Shown piece by piece: positions 12,601 through 22,807 of a stretch of DNA of 64,000 nucleotides. Position numbers and translations under genes: made by a program. Every line of letters starts with the position of its first letter. The first letter of the stretch is position 1. This DNA comes from Phoronis australis (lineage: Eukaryota > Animalia > Phoronida): assembly GCA_002633005.1 (NCBI GenBank), contig NMRA01000001.1, positions 4,450,995 through 4,514,994 of the forward strand. Reading direction: 5' to 3'. The notes beneath the pieces were generated by a model. The model was not told where the DNA came from and did not search any database. It saw nothing but the letters and a program-made list of their open reading frames with translations.

Positions 12601-15600
12601 GGACGGAAACGTATATCTAGCAAAAATGGGGAATTCTTATCACATTTTATACTTACCTCATACCCTAATTTATTCCAATATGGTAAAAACTTACCCAACA
12701 ACACCACAAAATTGAAAATTGGCACGTCTCTCGTAACATTGAGAAGTCTAACTTGGTCAGTTACTTTGATAGACGTATGTAATGCAGCCACTGTCGTTTT
12801 TCAGTGCATCAGATCTCGCATGTTGTGATGTTTGAATCCATATGCCATATTGTACGTGTGCTACTACCAAAGACAAGGCTTTTGTCCTTGAGTCCGTGTG
12901 TTCTGTATTGTATTCCTAACAACCATATTCAGGGTTCTTGGGTTAAGACGGCGAAGGACATTTCTGAGCTGCTGCAAGTGGGTGCATAGCCCGATTACTT
13001 CCATTGTTACATAAAGCTTTATGGGTAAACTACGTGTCCCGGATAGGCGCTCCCATAGAAAGTGTAGAATGCTGAAGTGTGCGGCTTAGCTGAATGTATT
13101 TCTCAGGATCAATCTCCCTACGAAAATGCGAAAATGTTCCTTTTTCGAATAATTATTTGAGCCATTCTCAATGAATCGCGACAATTCGACACCTGAGACA
13201 CTCGATTTTCAAGTATCTTCATCTGGAGCTAACGTATTATTTTTTCTTAGTTTAATGTATGAATGATAAGTTTTGAACAATTTCCTCAGCTCAGCAAGTG
13301 CAGTTATAGAGTTATTTTGTTGTTTTATTAGAGCAACTGGATAATTTATTTGAAAACATAAAAACGCGTTCGTTGGGTTAATTTTCGGTCTAGTTTGTTA
13401 TCACTGACAACGAACAATCTCATTGTGCAATTTTATTAATCAGCATGCTTGTTAAAATCGAGAAAAACAGCTCTTAGTATTTTCAACTTTCTTGTGTATT
13501 TTTTGTGGACATATCAAAATTGAACTTTTGAATTAAATTTTTGCTTTTTTAAAACACGTCGGTTGTTTATAACGATGTTTTATAAAAACAGGTGCCGTGG
13601 TGTTTGCATTTGTCTTAATCTTCATTAGCGACTATTGATCATTCAAAAACTAGTAGCCAATATACGGTAACGTGGGGACTAAAAAATCCTTTGGTGAATT
13701 TAAAGACGTCTCGTAAATGACACAACCTGTCCCGTAAGTGAGGGGCAAGTGATATTGTGACATTGGCTGTTATTTCTGATCACCAACACACAAGAAATAA
13801 CTGGTATGAAATAATGCCGGATAGTATACACATTTAAGGTTATGTCTTGTCACCTGTGCGAGTTGATGTAACTGATTACGTATTCAAAATGACACCAGAT
13901 TTTAATTCAAGCTTCCGTGTTGCAACAAGGCAAGTGGGGAAATTTGTAACACAACAACTTAGCCTACTGGTAAATCCAAAAGTTTGCACTCGACATTACT
14001 ACAACATTTGCAACACAACTGTGCCTGACATCTTAACGTAATAAGTCACGTCCCGTAAATGACGACTCGAGGTAATTCAAGAAAGTGCTTAGTCTAAATG
14101 CTGTTAAAGTTAGTAACTTTTTGACGGTAAGCTGAGCTCGGCTTTAAACGTCATTAAGAGAAATCAAGGTATTCCAGCAATTCATCCGAAGCCTTGAACG
14201 CTCTGCGGCTCTTCCCAGTAGGTGCAAGGTCCAGGACCAGCTTCAGGATGTCATCTTTCCGTAGCCAAATCCTGTCCGTTTCCTTCGGCCACACAAACAA
14301 TCCACTCATTTTACTGGACGGCTGTAAGAAGTTGACTTCCACAGGCAAGTCGTCATCATCTGTGTCCACGATTTGTCCGAGATATCGCCGACCTTCATAG
14401 TTACAAACAACAAAATCGCCTTGCTTCACTTGTATCTTTGCTTCCTTGGTCTCATCTTCAGCTGTGTCTTCTCGGACGATGTGCTTGTTCCATCCACAAC
14501 CACCATCGTCAAAACCGGAATCACTGAAACATTTTTCACAAGCGCACGTGGTTTCTCTTGTGTGCAGGGTTCCAGAGCCATTCCCAAACACAGCATGTAT
14601 CTTCATAGTGCCCTTGACAGGTTTCAGTATCCTGTTTCTAGATTCGACACTCCTCCGGCTGTTCTCGAACTCATCAAGCGATATCTTCATGTACTCAACA
14701 CTTGTGCTTACAGTGGTGGCCCAGGCGAAGAAATCGTCAGCGTCTTGGATGATGGCCTTTTCCCGCTTCACGGCATTATCTGCTTGTCGTTTTGACGATC
14801 CTCCCAGTCCGTCGCATGGACCCTTGCCATGACCTGCCTCGAAATACTGCCATGAGGCTCGGACGCCGTATACAGCGTGAAATCTTCTCACCAAGTCAAA
14901 GATTGTTTTGTTCCTGTACTGGGACGTTGGCGAGTCCGTCCAAAAGTGAACTGCTTCCAGTCGCCCCACGAGCTGCTTCACAAACGCCATGATCTTGCTG
15001 ATGACGGCAAGGACCATTGGCGCATTGTGTTGAAGAACTTCCGAGACAACGATGGTACTCTTATGATTCAGCTCACCATCCTCACGTCTGTAGTATATTA
15101 CTGTGGGGTGTAGAGTGACAGCCGTTGCATTCCAGTAAGCTGACTGTATTTCTTCCATATTTTGACAGCAGTAATTTTCCGCGAAATCCATCTGGATTAG
15201 CACGTGACTTGGTGACAATCTTTCTTTCATTTCCTTCAGTGCTTTGTACTGGGTTATAACTTTTCTCACGTGGTCTGCGAACAAGCTTCGGGACTCCTTC
15301 ATGAGCTTGACAAACTCATTGCTAGGCAATTCTGCTTCTACGATACGCATCTTTTCCTTTCCGTCTGCCAGTTTCACTCTTCTCCACTCTCGGTACTTCA
15401 CAGTAGTTGTGGTTTTCATGACTTGATCCAGGATTCCGTCTAGGTCGCTATCGCTGTGTGTTTCAAGGAATTTGTCCGGGCTTGTGCATTTGGTGACTTT
15501 CAAGTCTTTCAAACATCTCAGTTTGAGTGCAAAATTCTGATGCTTATTGCACAAGCAAACTGATTTCGATGAGAAGTTNCTATAGCCTGTCATAAGAAAC

Positions 15601-18299
15601 ATCAACCACTTTAGACATATTTTTCTTTATCGTAAAGGTCTTTTGAAGTTGTTCCATGACTTCGGAAAATCTCCGTGGTGAGCTGAACATTGGCTTCACC
15701 ATTTGTCGCGATTCATTGAGAATGCGTGATTTACGAAAAGTTTCACTTTTTGTATTGAAACTCTCCGAAAGGGGCCCATTCTGGCAATAAATTTTCAGAG
15801 GGTGTATTTTATTATGTTTTGTTGTATTAAAAAATAGTCCAATGAATTATGGAAAAGATCATCTTGACGACGGTTTTTTAAAGAAGCACCCAACGTAGAA
15901 GTGAGTTTCTTTTATTCCTGATAGCTCTCTAAAAGGATGGGACTCCATCTTGTCCAATATCCCGGAGTCACGTCTTGTAAAAGATACAGTTGAGTACCAC
16001 GCCCCTCCCGCACCAGGCTATTACCTGTGTGCCATCATATGCGGTTATGGGACATCATGTGGGCTCCGACTATGAGCCATAAGCGTTCGCTATAGCCGAA
16101 ACATGAATGCCGTTTTTATGGATCGGAAAAGAATGTGAGTGGAAAGATCAGTAGATGTCCTACTGTCTGCCGGTAATTTTGTGATGATTATATTCAAAAT
16201 CATTTTTTGCTAGATATCAGTACAACACTGAGCAGATGCTGTCATGTTCGATGTCTATTTAAGGTCGATCCCATGAAAAAATTCGAAGTCATATCCAAAT
16301 TTTCTTACGATGAACTGGGATTCCGCAACAGACGAATCGAAGAAGTCCGTGACGAGGAGGGGAGAGATTATTACGACACGTTGTACCTCCATAACATTGT
16401 AAGTTTTTCATACATACGATATTTTCGTTCGTTATCTTAATTTTACGACTTCTCTTACGTAAGTTAAAAGTTAACCTGTTCTGCACTGTTTCGCAAACCT
16501 GTTCGGGTTTGCCTAGTGTTCAGTGCGTCCGCAGGAAAGCGTTTCAGTCTTCCAGGTCTTAGTTTGCTTGAATTCGGTTATCTACCGAAAGGTCGTGCCT
16601 AGTAGAACTTCAGCAATGATATTGTGTCTTACGGAAAGATAAGCTTTCCGATATCTATGCTGATGCCAGTTATGAAACCTGAAAATAAGTAATAAGCGGA
16701 GTTTCATACGTGCGTCCCTCGTGGCGTTTACCCGCAAAGACTTATGCTCATGCACCAAGGGCTACTGAAGTTGGTGCTTTAGATAATGTCAGTTAAACAT
16801 TGAAAGTGACGGTTTACTTTACAGGGAAAAGAATACCGCCTAAATCTTAAGACCCGAAAGTGTGAGGTTCGTGAGATCACGTGGCCTTTCCATTACATTG
16901 CCGTCCCTGAGAATGCTACAAACTACGGTGAAGCGTACATTGGTACTGGCGGGATTCCGGGAGAGGGCGTTCTTGTAACCTTCTGGGGTGGACAGGACAG
17001 CCGTGGAGGTGAGTGAAGAGGTCAAGTACTAACACTCCGAGTCCTTATCATCGTCTGCATCAAGCCAGGGCACCATAGAGCTTAACTACGTTGTACTGGT
17101 ATCATTTGATAAGTAGATTTGACCTTAAGGTATAAAATGTACATATGGGAAGATCTTATGACCGTGACAGGTCTCGNNNNNNNNNNNNNNNNNNNNNNNN
17201 NNNNNNNNNNNNNNNNNNNNNNNNNNNNNNNNNNNNNNNNNNNNNNNNNNNNNNNNNNNNNNNNNNNNNNNNNNNNNNNNNNNNNNNNNNNNNNNNNNNN
17301 NNNNNNNNNNNNNNNNNNNNNNNNNNNNNNNNNNNNNNNNNNNNNNNNNNNNNNNNNNNNNNNNNNNNNNNNNNNNNNNNNNNNNNNNNNNNNNNNNNNN
17401 NNNNNNNNNNNNNNNNNNNNNNNNNNNNNNNNNNNNNNNNNNNNNNNNNNNNNNNNNNNNNNNNNNNNNNNNNNNNNNNNNNNNNNNNNNNNNNNNNNNN
17501 NNNNNNNNNNNNNNNNNNNNNNNNNNNNNNNNNNNNNNNNNNNNNNNNNNNNNNNNNNNNNNNNNNNNNNNNNNNNNNNNNNNNNNNNNNNNNNNNNNNN
17601 NNNNNNNNNNNNNNNNNNNNNNNNNNNNNNNNNNNNNNNNNNNNNNNNNNNNNNNNNNNNNNNNNNNNNNNNNNNNNNNNNNNNNNNNNNNNNNNNNNNN
17701 NNNNNNNNNNNNNNNNNNNNNNNNNNNNNNNNNNNNNNNNNNNNNNNNNNNNNNNNNNNNNNNNNNNNNNNNNNNNNNNNNNNNNNNNNNNNNNNNNNNN
17801 NNNNNNNNNNNNNNNNNNNNNNNNNNNNNNNNNNNNNNNNNNNNNNNNNNNNNNNNNNNNNNNNNNNNNNNNNNNNNNNNNNNNNNNNNNNNNNNNNNNN
17901 NNNNNNNNNNNNNNNNNNNNNNNNNNNNNNNNNNNNNNNNNNNNNNNNNNNNNNNNNNNNNNNNNNNNACACACACACACACACACACATGCTGCACATA
18001 CACATATTCATGTTTCAAAATAACGGGTAAACATAATTTAGTTTTTTACTGCTGGATCAATTTTTTATTTTACAAGCAGTTGCTTTGTGAAATGGAGGTG
18101 ACGCTCAAGTCAGACTATCCTGTTCAGCACTCGCTATCAATGCCGGTACTTCATGTCATGTGTCTACTGTCTTAGTATTAAGAGTTCACGGTAATCAGTA
18201 ATCATTAACACCTGTATTTAATTTTCCAGCTATTTCGACGTCACCGTTGGTGTGTCGGACCCCAACGTGTTCATTCCGCCAAAAGAATGTAACCCTTGA
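9647..18299 (+). CDS. EPDR: Ependymin-related protein, paralog 1 (secreted); exon 5 probably hidden in the N gap
   Basis: Exons 9647-9713 (MKVAIVFLAVIVAVYSQTPKRC, signal peptide), 10484-10518 (APPLWEAREMV), 16264-16398 (FSYDELGFRNRRIEE...YYDTLYLHN), 16825-17008 (EYRLNLKTRKC...VPENATNYGEAYIG) and 18230-18299 (YFDVTVGVSDPNVFIPPKECNP*). Exon lengths 67/35/184/70 are identical to paralog 2. AATAAA at 18394-18399. Confidence 0.9.
10670..10976 (-). mobile_element. MITE (CAGTGGCGGA...TCCGCCCCTG family) with 5-bp TSD, containing a nested second MITE (10734-10882)
   Basis: TSD GAACT at 10665-10669 and 10977-10981. Reverse-orientation copy of the elements at 28256 and 28975. The inner CATGCG...CGCATA element resembles 31297-31499. 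Confidence 0.85.
11519..15580 (-). mobile_element. Sola-like (probably Sola2) DNA transposon in EPDR-1 intron 2, 5' part lost at the single N (15579)
   Basis: Contains the transposase ORF. Subterminal motif GTC(C/T)CGTAA(A/G)TGA at 13708, 13729 and 14050. Direct repeat CTATAGC at both junctions (11514-11520, 15580-15586). Exact boundaries are inferred. Confidence 0.55.
14154..15578 (-). CDS. DDD-type transposase, C-terminal ~475 codons, Sola-superfamily-like
   Basis: Motifs CLCNKHQN, QMDFAENY..Q..EIQSAYW, FWTDSPTSQYRNK, YFEAGHGKGPCDGLGG..KR, CACEKC and a C-terminal GDFVVCNY..Y.G.I...V.VNF..FVWP..D.IW module. No internal stops. The first 9 aa of the track ORF cross the N and are not trusted. 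Confidence 0.8.
   Translation of the reverse strand, partial: NFSSKSVCLCNKHQNFALKLRCLKDLKVTKCTSPDKFLETHSDSDLDGILDQVMKTTTTVKYREWRRVKLADGKEKMRIVEAELPSNEFVKLMKESRSLFADHVRKVITQYKALKEMKERLSPSHVLIQMDFAENYCCQNMEEIQSAYWNATAVTLHPTVIYYRREDGELNHKSTIVVSEVLQHNAPMVLAVISKIMAFVKQLVGRLEAVHFWTDSPTSQYRNKTIFDLVRRFHAVYGVRASWQYFEAGHGKGPCDGLGGSSKRQADNAVKREKAIIQDADDFFAWATTVSTSVEYMKISLDEFENSRRSVESRNRILKPVKGTMKIHAVFGNGSGTLHTRETTCACEKCFSDSGFDDGGCGWNKHIVREDTAEDETKEAKIQVKQGDFVVCNYEGRRYLGQIVDTDDDDLPVEVNFLQPSSKMSGLFVWPKETDRIWLRKDDILKLVLDLAPTGKSRRAFKASDELLEYLDFS
17177..17969. other. Assembly gap (793 N) followed by a (CA)n tract
   Basis: Run of N; CA repeat at 17970-17989. Confidence 1.
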
Positions 18300-19832
18300 G
18301 AAGAACATGGTGTGAAATCAACCGTGAATTTACTTGATTCTGAAGTTCATTCGTTGGGGCGTTTTATTGTTAATTTTGTATGTGCGATTTACAAATAAAC
18401 GTTTTCCTGTACAACTAGAATTCCTCTAGTACTATGCCTACATGAGTGGCGAAAACGCTGGCAGTTTCACTGGCGTAAACACTAGCGTTTTAGCCACACA
18501 GACGAGCTGTCCGCAGAGGTCCATTTTCGCCAGCAATTAGTTTGTTTCCTTGTCACCGGAATCGCTTTTACGCGAAAATTGATGTCATAACACATTTCAC
18601 TCTCTCCCATACATTGATTGATGTGACTATAGAACTTAAAGGCCTTTTATAGATAGGTCTGGCTACAAAAGTTTAAGCGAAAACGCCAGTTGTTTTGAGG
18701 TAACTCATACCTCCAGGAAAGCGCCATCCAAAGTGACCCTAAGTGCGACCGTTCACATTACTAGCATTTTTGCTACTAGCGAAAACACTAGAGTTTTAGC
18801 GAGCTTGTGAACTGAGTATCAGACTCAAGCTAATTTGGAAGTTTCAGTGGTGTAAGCTCCACACAGCTGTTTTTGAATCATTAAATCTCACTCGCGCAAA
18901 ACTGTAAAGTGTCTGAGAACATAAACATATCTGCTTGTTCCCGAGATAATTGTTATTCATTATTTCTGCGATGCGCTCATAATTATTTGACTATTTTTGG
19001 CTACTCAGAAATGGGAAAGTAAGACCAAATTTCTTACTTTATTTTAAATCACTTTCATGAAAAAGTCCTGTTGATGAATGTTACGATCTTCAAAGGTTTG
19101 AGGTCTCGTGTTCAAACGTGATTTTCATTTTTTGCGTTCATTAATTTTGCCAGAGAAGTACCAAATACGTGTGACGTTTCAACAGCCCTCTTAACATTTC
19201 TGTTCCAATGGCAGTTCTGTTAGTGGATGGCATCAATGTACTGCTTAGATGTGCGTCATCTATGCCATAAAACAGCTCAGGCATCGTCGCATTAAACCGC
19301 AGGGGGAAACGGGCTAACAATTTCTCTGGGATTAACGTCATCTTTGTTGGCAAATCTGCGGGTTGACCGGGTATGAGGCAAGGCAAGATTTGTTTAATAT
19401 CTTTGCGAAAGATCACTTAAGGCAGATTGCTAATTTTTGGGCAGAGTTGTATTCCGATAACCGAAGTGTTTTGCTACTTGAATTTCGTCTCTCTTTTTAA
19501 GCCATTTCGTCAAAATCTGTGTCATAGGTGATAGGGCTAACGATTTCGCGTCAGTAAATCATACGTTTTCCGATTCATTTCAGTGAAATGATATCGCTTG
19601 GACGAAACACGGTGCATTAACAATGTTCCTGTGAAGATGCGAGAACAAATCTGCTGGCATGGAATTTTTTTCTGTCGCAGGACTTGCAGTACACCCTAGC
19701 TTAAAGAGCTTTGTTGCCCGAGTTTGTCAATCTAGTAACCTCTGGCAAATGTCAACGTTACCTCTGACCGACTAACAGAAAATATTTAATCCAATCCTTA
19801 CTATTCCGATTTTTCTGTATTTTCAACATGTT

Positions 19833-21084
19833 AAACAAGAGCAACGCGGAGCGTTGAAATGCGCCCACGAATGCATCGCAAATGGTGTGCTTTTAGGGTT
19901 GTTTATTTGAGTCATTAAAATGGCCACTAGATGGCGCAAAATACATCGAATCCATCTGAAAACCAAAAAAAATGCCATCGTTTCTTTAAAAGAAAGCCAT
20001 TTACCAACTTTAATTAAAATTCTCCAAGGAACTTCAGAGAAACAGAGGAAAACAAAAAACGAAATTGCCACTAGGGGGCACAGCACAGTGTTCATCGGAA
20101 CAGTCTAAAAGTCGTCATCTTCTCTTGCTAACTCCATATAAATACACATGCTAAATTTAATAAAGATCCTGCAGAGGGATTAGGAGATACAGGTAGGGGT
20201 GCAAAAAACAAAACCGCCACTAGGAGGCGCAACAGTAGTCAAAGTCATCAGAAAATCATCGGCAACCGTCCCCTTCAAAAACAACAAAAATGGCCACTGA
20301 GTGGCTTAAAAAAACTTGAATCAATCCGGAGATGAATGGCTAGCGTCAACTCACTAATGGATGTCTATGTGCCAAATTTTGTGGAAATCTGTCGAGTACC
20401 TTTGAAGATACAGCGATAAACGTAAACAACTAAAATTGCCACTAGGGGGCACACCGGTAAACCGAACTGTCCAAAAGTCGTCGTCGTCTGTTGTCAACGT
20501 TATATAAATACATTTGCTAAATTTAATAAAGATCCTGTAGAGCGTTTAGGAGATACAGCCATGGGCGCAAAAACAAACAAAACTGCCACTAGGATGCGCC
20601 ACAGTAGTCGAAGTTATCGGAAAATCATCGTCAACGGTACTCTTTATAGTAGGACCATACATGCCAATTTTCACAATCATCCTTAGAGTGGTTTGGTTGT
20701 TAGAGGGGCGGACGCCAAAAAAACGACTCGAAAATAGTAAAAATGGCCACTAGATGGCGCAAAATCCATCGAAGCAATCCGAAAACCGGAGGATAGTGTC
20801 AACTCATTAACAGATGCCTATGCACCAAATTTCATGAAAATCGGTTGAAGACATTTGAAGATACAGAGGCAGACGTAAAAAACTAAAATTGCCACTAGGG
20901 GGCACAGCGGTATCCGGGTCCGTCCAAAACTCGTCGCCCTCTGTTGTAGTCCCCATAGGAACACACCTGCCAAATTTCAATACGATCCTGCAAGAGGTTT
21001 AGGAGATACAGCCGCGTACGCCAGAAGCCCAGACAGAGATCACGGTAATATGCGACCACATATAAATATGTGGGCGCATAATAA
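19833..21084 (-). mobile_element. Non-autonomous Helentron-type element (HINE/DINE-1/pearl-like) with ~145-150-bp core repeats
   Basis: On the minus strand: 5' subTIR within a palindrome (21049-21080, TATGCGACCACATAT..ATATGTGGGCGCATA on +), tandem core repeats, matching 3' subTIR (ATGCGCCCAC at 19859-19868 on +), terminal hairpin CAACGC-GGA-GCGTTG (19842-19856) and a CTCTTGTTT end. Confidence 0.8.
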
Positions 21085-22807
21085 TCAGAAATAATTTCCA
21101 TTTCGAAATCGTTTTATTTAAAGTAATTAAGTGGTCGGAAACATTAGTATGCGCTCAAATGTTGCCTTTTATATATTATTCTGCAATGTCTATTGGTGTA
21201 CAGGCGGTGTACAATAAGTAAGGGGTAAAATACGCTGCAGAAATAAGTAGCTGTTTCGGGTACGCCGGGAATAAATCAGTTAGGCATGATGCAGAAAACT
21301 GTGTGCAGACTATGAATTATTTCTAATGTCGGATGAGTCGGTGTCTGGAATCTGAGATACATTAGCCTATTACAACTTGAATACAAGTCTGAATATTTTG
21401 TTTGGAAGATCCATAACGGCATTTTGTGAAGGTAGACCGTCCTCAGGCTGAGTTGCATCAGAATCCCCAGAAAATATTTTCCAGGTACGTCACTAAAGTT
21501 GTTCCGCTAGCAGCTCTGTCGTAACTATCGTGTTCACGCACGCAACACGATTTGGTTGATGCCTGTTCAAATCAGCGGGTTAATTTATGCTTCCCAATGT
21601 AATATGCATATTAGCATGAAGACATTATCAGAAAGAATGAAGTGGCAAATCAACCATTTTTGGCAGTTTTTCGAGAGCAACAAAGAATTACTGCTTAACT
21701 GCAAATGAAATGTTTTATGCTACTCTGTTTATCCGAGAGGATCTATGCAGTCCATTATTCATGGACTTGTTTGTATGGAAATAAAATACACCGTTTCATG
21801 ATTTGAGACTCAACCATTGTAAGGTATCATAACATTTAATCTTTTTAACAGACTGTTCGTCATTGCTCGAGACCATGCTCGACGAGTAAAATAACAAAAT
21901 AACCACTATTTCCATACCACTCTGCGTATTTTTTTATTTTATGTATAATATTTATTGAGTCGGTGGCCAAATGTGCACAAATATATTGCATTTCACTATA
22001 ACACTCTTTCAAGGATGAGGGACTCATTTGTTGGTTTAGCTTTTATAGTTGTTCGTTTCTTAGCATAACTTGTTAGCTTAACATTATACTTTTGTAGAGA
22101 TTGACAAGTTACAAAATGCTTACTTATCGAACAAATAAATTGAACACACGGTCATTTCGAACTGTGTCCAATTCATTTATATAACACTGACCTGATAACT
22201 GTGCTATTGCTATCACTTTTCATAGATGCCCCTCCCCCCCCGAGTGAACGTAAGTCATGCCCAATACACTCTAGTAGCCATTGACGAAAAAATCATGACC
22301 CTGCGTCCCCTAGTAATGGTCCACACGTATCCCCAGGTTCAGTTAAAAACTACCCACGAAGTCAGTAACTAAGTGACACGTGAAAAAATTACCTTCGACT
22401 TCATTGATGACGGCCAATCACGACAGCTCTAATCTCACTCCCCAGCACTAATCTCCATCATTCACCACCATATTCTGTCTTCGATCGCCACCCATACTCC
22501 AATTAGCTACTCCCCCCGCCCCGCAATGACTGAACTCGGTAAAGCCGGCCACTAAATTTTGGAACAATGGGATGACCGATTGCAAAGATAAACCGAGAAT
22601 CTGGTAAGCTGTAATTATCAATTACCAAATATCTACATGTATGTGTAATCGCATTTAGAAAAACGGAGTACTAAAATCCAATTGATCAAGTTTATGTTAT
22701 ATGCTGATTAAGCTGATATGGTTCGGCTAAAACAAGTCACGGGGTTGAATGGAGCTGTACATAAACACGACCTGTGTCAACCAATGATTAGTTGACAAGA
22801 GGCCGCC

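Noticed and set aside
14194-15426. Several + strand ORFs over the transposase
   Set aside because: Antisense shadows of the real minus-strand ORF with no recognisable motifs.
15579-15605. Start MMFLMTGYX of the 483-aa ORF
   Set aside because: Crosses a single-N contig join into unrelated host sequence.
17082-18030. Five long ORFs of X residues
   Set aside because: Artefacts of translating the N gap.
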